Below, piece by piece: positions 25,286 to 34,459 of a stretch of 64,000 nt of DNA. Source of the DNA: an uncultured Nitrospira sp. (GTDB lineage: Bacteria; Nitrospirota; Nitrospiria; Nitrospirales; Nitrospiraceae). Where the stretch lies: NCBI GenBank assembly GCA_964412445.1, contig CAYPOR010000001.1, forward strand, positions 15,586 through 79,585, read 5' to 3'. The notes under the pieces were generated by a model. The model made no database searches. It was not told where the DNA came from and saw only the letters and a program-made list of their open reading frames with translations. Each line of letters starts with the position of its first letter. Positions within the stretch are counted from its first letter, which is position 1. The translations under genes and the position numbers were made by a program.

Positions 25286-27379
25286 ATGACCAGACATCTG
25301 TTTCTTCGCGCAACGTTCGCCCTGGTTCTCTCGCTGGGCGCCGGCAGCCTGTCGCTCGCGCCGGCCTGCGGGAATGAACTGGAACAACCGGACCGGACGA
25401 TTGCGTTGAGTGAAGTGAACGGCGGCAGGCTGCTCTTCAAGACGAATCAGCCCGGCCGCTTTCTTCCCGCCCCTACCCTCAAAACCGACGTCCGCATCTC
25501 CGTCACCGGCCTCATCGCCCGCGCCACCGTGTCACAGGAATTTCTGAACCCAAGTCTGGAGAAAGACGCCTGGGCTGAGGGGATCTATGTGTTCCCTCTT
25601 CCGGACACCGCCGCAGTCGATCACCTGCGCATGAAGATCGGCGAGCGGATCATCGAAGGCCAGATCAAGGAAAAGATGGAAGCCAAGAAAATCTACGAGC
25701 AGGCGAAGCAGGAGGGCAAACGGACCAGCCTGGTCGAGCAGGAGCGACCGAACATCTTTACAACCTCAGTAGCCAACATCGGCCCCGGCGAACGCATCAC
25801 CGTCGAGATCGAGTATCAGGAGACGATCCGCTACGACCAGGGGGTCTTCTCGTTGCGGTTTCCGATGGTCGTCGGCCCGCGTTACATCCCCGGGACGCCG
25901 GTGGTAATGGAGGATCAGCCGCCGGGCAACGGCTGGTCACTCGATACGGATCGCGTGCCGGATGCCTCGCGGATTACGCCGCCGGTGCAGCATCCTGATT
26001 ATGGCTCAATTAATCCGGTCAGCCTGACCATCGATCTCGCGCCGGGCTTCTCCCTCGGCAAGCTTGAATCGCCCTATCACCAGATCCTCACCATCGCCGA
26101 ACCGGACGGCCGGCAACACATCACGCTGCGCGAAGATACAGTCCCGGCCGATCGTGATTTCGTTCTGACCTGGAAACCCACGACAGGCCAGGCACCCACC
26201 CTCTCCGTCTTTCGTGAACAGCAGGGCGACGAGCAGTATGCCTTTCTGATGGCGATGCCGCCGGTCGGCTCAGATCACTCGCAAGCGCCGGTGGCGCGCG
26301 AAACGATCTTCGTCATCGACACTTCCGGCTCCATGTCCGGCACCTCGATTGAGCAGGCCAAGGCCGCGCTGCTGCTCGCCCTGAATCGCCTGACCGCGCA
26401 GGATCGCTTCAACGTGATTCAATTCAACAGCGTCACCCATGTGCTGTTTTCCCAAGCGCAGCCGGTGAAACCGGACACGCTGCGCAAGGCCGTACACTAC
26501 GTCGACAATCTGAAGGCCAACGGCGGTACGGAGATTCTCCCCGCGTTGAAAATGGCCTTGAAAGGCAGCGCGCCTGCCTCGCACCTCCGGCAAATCATCT
26601 TCCTGACGGATGGCCAGGTCGGCAACGAGGATGAACTGTTCGAGGTTATCCGCACGCAACTCGGCGCAAGCCGCCTCTTCACCATCGGCATCGGCTCGGC
26701 GCCGAACAGCCACTTCATGCACAAGGCGGCGGAATTCGGACGCGGCACCTTCACCCACATCGGCAGCACCAGCGAAGTGAAAGCGCAGATGGATGCCATC
26801 TTCCGCAAGCTGGAACGGCCTGCGCTGACGGACCTCCACATCGAGGGCTTAGACGAACAGGTCGAAATGTTTCCCTCCCGCATTCCGGATCTCTATGAGG
26901 GCGAACCGGTCCTGGCGGTCTTGAAGGGAACAGCCCTTCCGGACACCGTCACGATCCACGGCCTGATCGGGTCTGCCCCCTGGACGACATCGATCACGCT
27001 GAAACACCGTGACAGTCGTGAAGGCTTGTCCGTCTACTGGGCGCGGCAGAAGATCGCCGCCCTGATGGACCAGCAGCGCTATGGGCAAGATGAGGCTGCG
27101 ACGAGGCAAGCCGTGCTCGATGTGGCCCTCGCCCATCACCTTGTCAGCAAGTACACCAGCCTCGTTGCAGTGGATGTGACGCCGGTGCGCCCGCGCGACC
27201 AGGCGCTGCAATCCCATGCGATGAAGACGAATCTGCCGAACGGGCAGGACTATCAGACGATCTTCGGGCTGCCGCAGACCGCCACGAGCGGGCAGCTGCA
27301 AATTCTGCTGGGCCTTGCCGCGCTGCTGGCAGCCTGGCTGATGTGGAGCGTGCGGGGATATCGGAAACGCATCGCATGA
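25286..27379 (+). CDS. VIT + vWA domain sortase target protein (marine proteobacterial sortase target type)
   Basis: Signal peptide; VIT domain (V..EF.NP...WAEGIYVFPLP..AAV..L.M.IG.RII.G); MIDAS DTSGSM, IIFLTDG; C-terminal LPQTAT + hydrophobic helix + RKR. Confidence 0.9.
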   Translation: MTRHLFLRATFALVLSLGAGSLSLAPACGNELEQPDRTIALSEVNGGRLLFKTNQPGRFLPAPTLKTDVRISVTGLIARATVSQEFLNPSLEKDAWAEGIYVFPLPDTAAVDHLRMKIGERIIEGQIKEKMEAKKIYEQAKQEGKRTSLVEQERPNIFTTSVANIGPGERITVEIEYQETIRYDQGVFSLRFPMVVGPRYIPGTPVVMEDQPPGNGWSLDTDRVPDASRITPPVQHPDYGSINPVSLTIDLAPGFSLGKLESPYHQILTIAEPDGRQHITLREDTVPADRDFVLTWKPTTGQAPTLSVFREQQGDEQYAFLMAMPPVGSDHSQAPVARETIFVIDTSGSMSGTSIEQAKAALLLALNRLTAQDRFNVIQFNSVTHVLFSQAQPVKPDTLRKAVHYVDNLKANGGTEILPALKMALKGSAPASHLRQIIFLTDGQVGNEDELFEVIRTQLGASRLFTIGIGSAPNSHFMHKAAEFGRGTFTHIGSTSEVKAQMDAIFRKLERPALTDLHIEGLDEQVEMFPSRIPDLYEGEPVLAVLKGTALPDTVTIHGLIGSAPWTTSITLKHRDSREGLSVYWARQKIAALMDQQRYGQDEAATRQAVLDVALAHHLVSKYTSLVAVDVTPVRPRDQALQSHAMKTNLPNGQDYQTIFGLPQTATSGQLQILLGLAALLAAWLMWSVRGYRKRIA

Positions 27380-27960
27380 ATCCGATCCGCCCTACTCCCC
27401 GCACGCTGACTGCCCTCATAGTGTGCCTCCTCGCCCTCGGTTGTTGGCAGCTCGGGGAGGGATCCTGGATTTATGCGAAGGCCGGGCTCGCGCAGCATTT
27501 GCTGCAGCGGGCCTGGTCCCGCACCCTCGCCGGGAAAACCGGCGTGAAACCCTGGCCCTGGGCCGATACTTGGCCGGTGGCGCGGCTGCTCGTGCCCTCG
27601 CAGCACATCGATCAGATTGTGCTGGAAGGGGCCTACGGAAGAATGCTGGCCTTCGCGCCAGGCCATGTCGAATCAATGCAGCCGATCGAAACGGCGAGCG
27701 CGATCATTTTGACCGGCCATCGCGATACCCATTTCAGATTTTTGCAATGGCTGAAGCCGAACGAGGTGATTGAACTGGAAATGACCACCGGCCACCGCCG
27801 GCGCTATCGGGTGGAGAAAACCCGCATCGCAGACTCGCGCAGCGCGTGGATCGGCAACACGCAGGACCAGGCTCAGCTTATTCTGGTGACCTGCTATCCC
27901 TTCGATGCGATCCGGACCGGAGGGCCGCTCCGCTACGTGGTCACGGCGATTATTGATTGA
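27376..27960 (+). CDS. Class GN sortase
   Basis: N-terminal TM, AKA.LAQ.LL.RAW, PWPWADTWPVARL, GHRDTHF (His), LVTCYPF (Cys), LRYVV (Arg). ATGA overlap with the target gene. Confidence 0.9.
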   Translation: MNPIRPTPRTLTALIVCLLALGCWQLGEGSWIYAKAGLAQHLLQRAWSRTLAGKTGVKPWPWADTWPVARLLVPSQHIDQIVLEGAYGRMLAFAPGHVESMQPIETASAIILTGHRDTHFRFLQWLKPNEVIELEMTTGHRRRYRVEKTRIADSRSAWIGNTQDQAQLILVTCYPFDAIRTGGPLRYVVTAIID

Positions 27961-27987
27961 GAGGATATTTCCGAGGGAGATGAAAGA

Positions 27988-28063
27988 TGGAGCCGACGAC
28001 CCGGATTGAACGGGCGACCTGCTGTTTACGAAACAGCTGCTCTACCAACTGAGCTACGTCGGC
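27988..28063 (-). tRNA. tRNA-Thr(CGT)
   Basis: GCCGACGTAGCTCAGTTGGTAGAGCAGCTGTTTCGTAAACAGCAGGTCGCCCGTTCAATCCGGGTCGTCGGCTCCA folds as a 76-nt cloverleaf with encoded CCA. Confidence 0.97.
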
Positions 28064-28126
28064 GATCCTGACCAGCGGAGAATGGCTCGGGGATAATTCT
28101 GTGTCCTATCCGGCGAGCCAGTCGTC

Positions 28127-28156
28127 ATGATAGCGGCGCACCCTGCGGCCTGTCAA
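28127..28156 (-). promoter_or_regulatory. Sigma70 promoter of tRNA-Thr
   Basis: TTGACA-N18-TATCAT on the minus strand. Confidence 0.65.
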
Positions 28157-28181
28157 CGAAGGAGCGGGACTCTTTCCGATT

Positions 28182-30221
28182 TTACTGGCCCGGCCCGACC
28201 CCGGCCGGCTGCTGGTTCGCCCCCTCTCCCGAAGCAGGAGCCTCTTTTTTAACCGGCACGACCGGTTTGGGATTGTTGCCTTTGGCCAACGGATGAATCC
28301 TGACCAACGCCCCCTGGCCCGGGGCAGGCAGACACACCGGCTCCTGGCTGCTCCCGAATTGCTCCCCCGCCATCCGCGCGACTTCTCCGCGGGCAAACGC
28401 GCAGAGTTCTCCCGCCGCCACCGTCCCGTCACGATCCAGGTCGGCCGGTCCTTGCAAGCCCCTGAGCAAGTGGTAGGTGAAGAGTCCGTGCCGTCCCCGT
28501 TCATACGCGTGGGTATCTTGGAGCCCGCTGTTTCCGATCATCCACATCATTTTGGAGCCGGCATCCGTTGCGCTGATCTCCCATGACGGAGCGGCACCCG
28601 TCGCCGGATCCGACCCCGGCGCATGTTCCAGCGAGGCATCGACCATGAGGATGGCCCGTTGGACCGGCAACCTGGCCAGCGACTCCTGCAGACGCCGCAG
28701 GGAGTAGACCCGGCCCCCCGAGGCGGTACTGCCGTCATACGGCACCAGCGAGACCGCGCCGGTCACGCCGTCGATCAGTGCCCGCCCGGAAAAATACACA
28801 TAGACGACCGTACCGGGATCGCTCCGCTTGGGCAGCCACTCTTCGAATGTTTCGGCCAGGTCCTGCTTGAGCGCATGTCCGTCCACCAGCACCCGCACAC
28901 GGTCGGCGGACAGCCCTCCGATGGACTGCAGATACGAGGCCATGACCTCGGCATCGCGCGCGGCAAACTTCATGGGCGCCACCTGCGCATCGCGGAAATG
29001 GCCCACGCCGATCGCAATGACCACGGCTTTCTGTTGTTTGAGCGCCGCAAAGGCCTTCGGCGGCAGATCGACATCCGCCGGAACCTGGCTCTCGTCGCGG
29101 TCGGCCGGCTTGACCATGACCGTAAATTTCTTGAGCGGCGGCAGCTGCGCCATCGGCGAACTGGACCGCAGGCTCAACCATAATTCCCCGCGCAACGGGT
29201 CCTTGACGCCGGGGGCCGGCTTGGTCATCGTCGCCCGCTTGATCTCCCCCGGCGGAACATCCCCGATCACAATCGTCGCCGGAAGTTGCGCCGTCAATGT
29301 TCCGGTTCCTCCCACCACCACCTCAACGTCTTTCGCCTCGGTCGACCCGTCGTTTTTGACTTCAAGCTCGATCGTGAGCGGCTCGTCGGGCTGAAGAATG
29401 TGGTCCCGATTGTCATCGCGCAGGATCGCGCGGAAAGTCAACACCGTCGGAGCAGCCTCGTTCGTTGCATTCACCGTGGACCGCACGGCCGCGGCGACCG
29501 GCGCGTCAGGCGGGTGATCGGGTGACACCGGTGAGGTCGGCAGGCTCTGCAGCGGCGACGGAGCCTGAGCGGCCACGCCTGGTCCTTTGCTCCGCTGAGC
29601 CCCGGCATACTCACGAATTCTGATCGATTCGCCGGCCTGCTTGGCGGCCCCTTCGGCCACGAGGTCCACGGCGTCCTTCACCACGGCGTCCAGGCCGGTG
29701 ACATCGCAGGAGGACTCCTGCACGTCCACTTCCCCCAAACCGGAGCTTTGGATTTTTTTCGTCCAGAGCGTCGTGCCATCGTCCGCGACGAACGACACAT
29801 CGAGTCCGACCGTGACGGTCACGGGATAGGATTTCTTGCCCCGGCGGAGAATCGCCAGATCGATCTGTTTCAGCCCCACCGCCGCTTCGATCGCACCCTC
29901 CGCCGGCACGGCGGGATCGAGCAGGACACGCTGAAACACCCGGCCCATTTTCTGCTGGAGCGCGGCCACGAGCGGACTGCCGATCGGCATCGTCACCGAC
30001 GCCCCGCAGGCGTTCTGATAGGTGACGGTCGTCGTCCCAACCGACGGCGGAAGACGCAAGACGGGCGAGAGCGGGATCGGCGCGATTCCCGCCAATCCGT
30101 CGGCTCGCTTGAACCAGACACAGCCGGCCGGCATGGCCAGCAACAGCCCCGCGAGCACGAGCCCGATGGGACCGCGAACATACGGAACAGGCTGTCGGCG
30201 TTGCGTCACTCGTTGCACCAC
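28182..30221 (-). CDS. Putative lipoprotein with Ig-like (CARDB-type) domain and catalytically inactive caspase-like (peptidase C14) domain
   Basis: LLLAMPAGC lipobox-like sequence; DDNRDHILQPDE..VKNDG; KAVVIAIGVG...MKFAARDA; YFSGRA in place of SGHG and VDAS in place of DAC. Start codon uncertain. Confidence 0.75.
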   Translation of the reverse strand: MVQRVTQRRQPVPYVRGPIGLVLAGLLLAMPAGCVWFKRADGLAGIAPIPLSPVLRLPPSVGTTTVTYQNACGASVTMPIGSPLVAALQQKMGRVFQRVLLDPAVPAEGAIEAAVGLKQIDLAILRRGKKSYPVTVTVGLDVSFVADDGTTLWTKKIQSSGLGEVDVQESSCDVTGLDAVVKDAVDLVAEGAAKQAGESIRIREYAGAQRSKGPGVAAQAPSPLQSLPTSPVSPDHPPDAPVAAAVRSTVNATNEAAPTVLTFRAILRDDNRDHILQPDEPLTIELEVKNDGSTEAKDVEVVVGGTGTLTAQLPATIVIGDVPPGEIKRATMTKPAPGVKDPLRGELWLSLRSSSPMAQLPPLKKFTVMVKPADRDESQVPADVDLPPKAFAALKQQKAVVIAIGVGHFRDAQVAPMKFAARDAEVMASYLQSIGGLSADRVRVLVDGHALKQDLAETFEEWLPKRSDPGTVVYVYFSGRALIDGVTGAVSLVPYDGSTASGGRVYSLRRLQESLARLPVQRAILMVDASLEHAPGSDPATGAAPSWEISATDAGSKMMWMIGNSGLQDTHAYERGRHGLFTYHLLRGLQGPADLDRDGTVAAGELCAFARGEVARMAGEQFGSSQEPVCLPAPGQGALVRIHPLAKGNNPKPVVPVKKEAPASGEGANQQPAGVGPGQ

Positions 30222-30303
30222 TGTTTTATACAGAAAAGGCGGGAGCGATCACAACTCATCCGCCAAATTGACAGCCCGGTTTCCCTGGGCTATCGTCCAC
30301 ATC

Positions 30304-31197
30304 ATGCCGGACCGTCCGATTCCCTCATCGACGCTCACCGTGAGACTGCCCTGGGCGGGATGGCTGCGCCTCATTCGCTTCCGGAACCAGACCGGCACGG
30401 CGCTCTTGCTGCTGCCGACCTGCTGGACGCTGGCGCTGGCGGAACGGGGCCTTCCGTCGCCGCGCCTGCTCGGTATTTTTATCGCCGGATCGTTTCTCAT
30501 GCGCAGCGCCGGCGTGGTGATGAACGATCTCGCCGATCAATCGTTCGATCGCCGGGTCGCTCGAACGAAAACCCGCCCGCTGGCTTCCGGTGAGTTGTCG
30601 CAGCAGCAGGCCTTCATCGCACTCGGCCTGCTGCTGCTCCCGGCCGCCGCTCTTCTCTGGTTGCTGAACCCGCTGACGCTGTGGCTCTCACCGGTCGCCC
30701 TGATCCTCGCCGCACTCTACCCGTTTTCAAAACGGTACATTCATATTCCCCAGGCGATGCTGGGACTGGCGTTCGGGTGGGGCACGATCATGGCCTGGAC
30801 GGCGGCGACCGGAACGATCGCGGCGCCCGCCTGGACGGTGTTTGCGGCGACGTTTGTCTGGGCGATCGCCTACGACACCATCTATGCCATCCAGGACCAG
30901 GCGGATGACCGGCGCATCGGCGTCAACTCGTCGGCGCTGTTCTTCGGATCCTCCACCTGGATCGCGGTCGGTGTGACCCTCGGGGTCATGCTGCTGCTGT
31001 TAACTGCGGCAGGCATACAGACCGGAATAGGCCGGCCCTATTTTCTCGTGCTGAGCGCTGTCGGTGTTTTTTTCGCGATGCAGACGGGACGCCTGCGCGG
31101 GGCGGTCACCCCGTCGCAGGCATTCCGGATGTTTCAGGCGCATGTCTGGGTCGGACTGGCGATCTTTGCGGGGATGATCGCCGGATTCGTCTGGTAA
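30304..31197 (+). CDS. ubiA: 4-hydroxybenzoate polyprenyltransferase (UbiA family)
   Basis: LMRSAGVVMNDLADQSFDRRVARTKTRPLASG, LYPFSKR, YDTIYAIQD..DD..IGVNSSA; about 8 TMs. Confidence 0.88.
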   Translation: MPDRPIPSSTLTVRLPWAGWLRLIRFRNQTGTALLLLPTCWTLALAERGLPSPRLLGIFIAGSFLMRSAGVVMNDLADQSFDRRVARTKTRPLASGELSQQQAFIALGLLLLPAAALLWLLNPLTLWLSPVALILAALYPFSKRYIHIPQAMLGLAFGWGTIMAWTAATGTIAAPAWTVFAATFVWAIAYDTIYAIQDQADDRRIGVNSSALFFGSSTWIAVGVTLGVMLLLLTAAGIQTGIGRPYFLVLSAVGVFFAMQTGRLRGAVTPSQAFRMFQAHVWVGLAIFAGMIAGFVW

Positions 31198-31204
31198 GCG
31201 CGGA

Positions 31205-32224
31205 TCAGCTGGCAGGCTTGGCAGCCGCCGGCTCTTCCGCTTTCGGTGCGCGCAGCGTGCTCAAATACATGCTGACGGCTTTGGCGTCGGCATCGCTCAG
31301 CCCCAGCGCCGGCATTCTGGTCTCCGGCTTCATCGCCTGCGGATTCTTGAGCCACCGGTAGACCCACGTAGCGTTCAAACGGAATCCAGCCCGATCCAGC
31401 GCGGGACCGACCTTGCCGCCCTCTCCCCCGATACTATGGCAACCGTTACACCCGTATTTGTTCTGATACAGGCGCTTGCCCAGTTCGGCCTGCTGCGCGG
31501 CCTGATCGGCGGTCGCGGTCATGTCTGGACGTGCGACGTTGCCGCCTTTGCCGGGCCGGCCTGAGAAATTATTGAGCGTGACCTGCGCCGCATCGAGATC
31601 CTTTTTCGCCTGTGTCATTGCCGCCTGCTCTTTCGCATAGGCGGATTCATCCACATCGACATCCTTCTTCATTTCGGCGCTCTTCTTCTCCGCTTCTTCG
31701 CTGGCTTTCTTCTCCGCGGCTTCGTACATCTGCTTGGACGACTCGAACTTCTCCTGTGCGGCCTTCAGGCCTTCGGCCAACTCTTTCTTGCGCTCTTCGA
31801 CCTTGAACTCCAGCTTCATGCCGTGCAACGTCCGCACATAGCCGACGATCGACCAGATTTCATCCTCGGACAGCGTGTACTTGAACGTGGGCATCGTCGG
31901 CACGGCAAAATCATCGTCGCCGATCTTATCGCCGCCAGGGCTGGTGTCCTTCATGTCGCGAGAGATCGTATTGAAAATATCCTCGTCTTTGAACGTCCCC
32001 ATTTCCGACTTATTCGAGAGATCTTTGGGCTTGGGATCCGGCATGGATGACCAGTTGAAGCCTTCGTTCTGCCGGCCGGTTTCGCCGTGGCAGTGCATGC
32101 AGTAATGGGCATAGAGTTCCCGCCCGCGCTTCTGCTGTTCGTTGGCGCAGCCGCCCGCAGTCATGGCCCACACTCCGATGAGGCCGGCGACCGTCCCGAT
32201 GACTTGTAGTCTTGCCGCCTTCAT
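31205..32224 (-). CDS. Diheme c-type cytochrome (lipoprotein-like) with central coiled coil
   Basis: CMHCH and CNGCH heme motifs, MP ligands, AGGC lipobox-like N-terminus, Lys/Ala/Glu-rich linker. Start MKAARLQ at 32224. Confidence 0.85.
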   Translation of the reverse strand: MKAARLQVIGTVAGLIGVWAMTAGGCANEQQKRGRELYAHYCMHCHGETGRQNEGFNWSSMPDPKPKDLSNKSEMGTFKDEDIFNTISRDMKDTSPGGDKIGDDDFAVPTMPTFKYTLSEDEIWSIVGYVRTLHGMKLEFKVEERKKELAEGLKAAQEKFESSKQMYEAAEKKASEEAEKKSAEMKKDVDVDESAYAKEQAAMTQAKKDLDAAQVTLNNFSGRPGKGGNVARPDMTATADQAAQQAELGKRLYQNKYGCNGCHSIGGEGGKVGPALDRAGFRLNATWVYRWLKNPQAMKPETRMPALGLSDADAKAVSMYLSTLRAPKAEEPAAAKPAS

Positions 32225-33057
32225 GCTTCCTGCCCTTTCTTCAATTTGCGGATCAGGACGAACTGGAAGCCCACGGCCAGTCCCACCGCCAACACGGCAT
32301 AGAGATACGGAGAATAGTCGGGCGGCGGTTCGGCGCGGAAATACCACCAGGAGGACACCGCCTTCTGCGAGCCCTTCTCCACCAGTTCTCCGGAGCCGTC
32401 CTTACGGCCGTCCCAGACAGCGAACGCGACGTTAATGAAGTTGCCGGGAATGATTTGCGTATCTTCCTCGGCATGCTCGGTCGCGAGCGGCCTGGAGAAC
32501 ACGACCTTCCAGGTGCCGCTGCTGTAGGCGCCGGACGCCTTCACATCCTGATGGGGCTGCACTTTCAACGTGCCGAACCCCATCGCGTTCATGTCGACGC
32601 CCTTCTTGTCCTTGTTCTTCCAATACCAGATATTGACCGGCCCGCCTTCAACCTGCATCATCGGCTGGCCGTGGGCGAAATGCGCCTTTTTGTCGCCGAC
32701 CATGAACTCCAATGCGGCGGCATCGTCGGGATCTTCCGTGGGATCGGCGTATTCCAGCAGGAATGCGACCTGGTTCCCGTCATGAAGGGCGCGGACTTTC
32801 ACGTCCTTGACGGTGACTTCCTGGATACGATTCTGCCAATGCACCTGCGGCGACATCGGAAACGACGCCTGCGGCGCGGTGTTCCAGATCGCGGCGTTGG
32901 GGTCATCGGTCGGGAGCGCGCCTTTGGCGAGCACGGCCCGTACCGCCACGCTCTGCTGTGCGAAGCCCGGCGTCACACCGGCGGAGAAGAGCGCGACCAC
33001 GGCGCCTACCGCTCCGATCCAGAAACCCGGCCTATGTCGTTCGGTCACCCTTCTCAT
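32221..33057 (-). CDS. Ethylbenzene-dehydrogenase-gamma-like heme b protein (NxrC-like candidate), C-terminally membrane anchored
   Basis: Signal peptide; V.VRALHDG..VAFLLEYAD; QPMM..GGPVNIWYW; W.VVFSRPL; AFAVWDG...E...QKAVSSW; C-terminal TM. Confidence 0.8.
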   Translation of the reverse strand: MRRVTERHRPGFWIGAVGAVVALFSAGVTPGFAQQSVAVRAVLAKGALPTDDPNAAIWNTAPQASFPMSPQVHWQNRIQEVTVKDVKVRALHDGNQVAFLLEYADPTEDPDDAAALEFMVGDKKAHFAHGQPMMQVEGGPVNIWYWKNKDKKGVDMNAMGFGTLKVQPHQDVKASGAYSSGTWKVVFSRPLATEHAEEDTQIIPGNFINVAFAVWDGRKDGSGELVEKGSQKAVSSWWYFRAEPPPDYSPYLYAVLAVGLAVGFQFVLIRKLKKGQEA

Positions 33058-33081
33058 ACGTGCCTCGTCGCTGCCAGATGG

Positions 33082-33798
33082 TTACTCCCACGTTCTCGGG
33101 GATTGATGAGCGCCGTCGTACTCGCCCATGATGATTTTCCAGATCCACTCGTCGGGCAATTCGACTTCCCAGCGGGGCATGGCGGATTTCCATGGCATGC
33201 CCTCGATCGGCAATCCCACGCCGCCCTTCTTGATGCGCCAGAACAAGTAGCTCTCCTGCAACATCGCGATGGTGGTCGGATCGGCAAAGTTCGCCGGCGG
33301 CGGGTTGAAGCCGCGCGCGGCCGGACCTTTGCCGTCGAAATTTCCGCCGTGGCAGGGCGAACAGAACGCGGCGTAGAAGCCCTTGCCCTGCATGATGTTC
33401 TCCGGCGTCTTGGAGACCGGATTAGACAAGCCGGTATATTCTCCGGGAGGCGCCGGGTGAATGGTACGATTCTCAGCCGGCGGCGCGTCGCTCACGGCGG
33501 TGCTGCCGAACGTCTGCCACCCTACAAGCAACGGAAACACGACGAGGACCGCGTAACGGGCCGACGATAACGCGCCAAGATTTTCACCCGTCAGAAACCG
33601 TTGAATCGGCCCCCAAAAGGCTTCCTTGGACTCGCTGCTCATCGTGTAGAAAATCACGATTCCAGCCGTGACCAGCATGAGATAGAGGAAAATCAAGCTG
33701 GCCGGCAGCGGGGCCGATCCGGGAATATTGGGCACCACGAACTTCAGGAACAAGTAGACGGCAACCAGTAGGATTGCCGGTTTCGTTAACGCTCCCAT
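33082..33798 (-). CDS. Membrane-anchored monoheme cytochrome c
   Basis: Three N-terminal TMs, CSPCH, PPPANFAD, YLFWRIK.GG, AMP.W. Confidence 0.85.
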   Translation of the reverse strand: MGALTKPAILLVAVYLFLKFVVPNIPGSAPLPASLIFLYLMLVTAGIVIFYTMSSESKEAFWGPIQRFLTGENLGALSSARYAVLVVFPLLVGWQTFGSTAVSDAPPAENRTIHPAPPGEYTGLSNPVSKTPENIMQGKGFYAAFCSPCHGGNFDGKGPAARGFNPPPANFADPTTIAMLQESYLFWRIKKGGVGLPIEGMPWKSAMPRWEVELPDEWIWKIIMGEYDGAHQSPRTWE

Positions 33799-33808
33799 CG
33801 AAGCCTCC

Positions 33809-34432
33809 TCAGTGTGCCTGTGCGACGGCGACGGGCGCCGCTTCCGCCGCCTTGACCGGTGCGGAAGGCGTCTTACCCGGCATTTCGAGTTCAGACGGAT
33901 TGACCGAAATCGGTTCTCCGCTCATTTGCTGCAAGAACGCGATGATCGACAGGATTTCGTTCTTGGACAGCCCGATCGGATCCTTGTTGATGTACGGCAT
34001 ACGCGCGGGATATTCCTTCGGGATGCCTTCGTGACGGTAATCAAGGTAGATATAGGCCTGCGGCTGCGTCAGACTTTCGAAGATGAACTCCCGGCTCAGC
34101 TTCGCGCCGATGCCCTTGAGATCCGGGCAACGAGCTGATTCGCTCGGGCCGATGGAATGACACAACGCGCACTGGCCCTTGCTGAAGAAAATCTTCTGGC
34201 CGATGGACGCCATGTCGGCCGGGGTCTTGATGCTGGCAATGTCGATGCTCTCTTCGGCCGGAGGCAACGACGCCATCTGCGGCACGGCCAGCGCGACCAG
34301 AGAAAAAAGGCCGAGGACGATGGACACAAACCCGATCACCCGCAAAAATTGCGAGCGGATAAAGAGCAGGATGAGGACTCCGGACCCGACGACCGAGAGG
34401 CCCAGCAACTGTAATTTGACGACTTCACTCAT
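33809..34432 (-). CDS. Membrane-anchored monoheme cytochrome c
   Basis: Two N-terminal TMs, CALCH, CPDL.GIG, ARMP. Confidence 0.85.
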   Translation of the reverse strand: MSEVVKLQLLGLSVVGSGVLILLFIRSQFLRVIGFVSIVLGLFSLVALAVPQMASLPPAEESIDIASIKTPADMASIGQKIFFSKGQCALCHSIGPSESARCPDLKGIGAKLSREFIFESLTQPQAYIYLDYRHEGIPKEYPARMPYINKDPIGLSKNEILSIIAFLQQMSGEPISVNPSELEMPGKTPSAPVKAAEAAPVAVAQAH

Positions 34433-34459
34433 AGGACTCCTCTGAGCAAGACGATCCCG

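Noticed and set aside
27960-28063. Prophage or integrative element attached at tRNA-Thr or tRNA-Cys
   Set aside because: No integrase, no phage genes and no duplicated tRNA 3' end found in the window.
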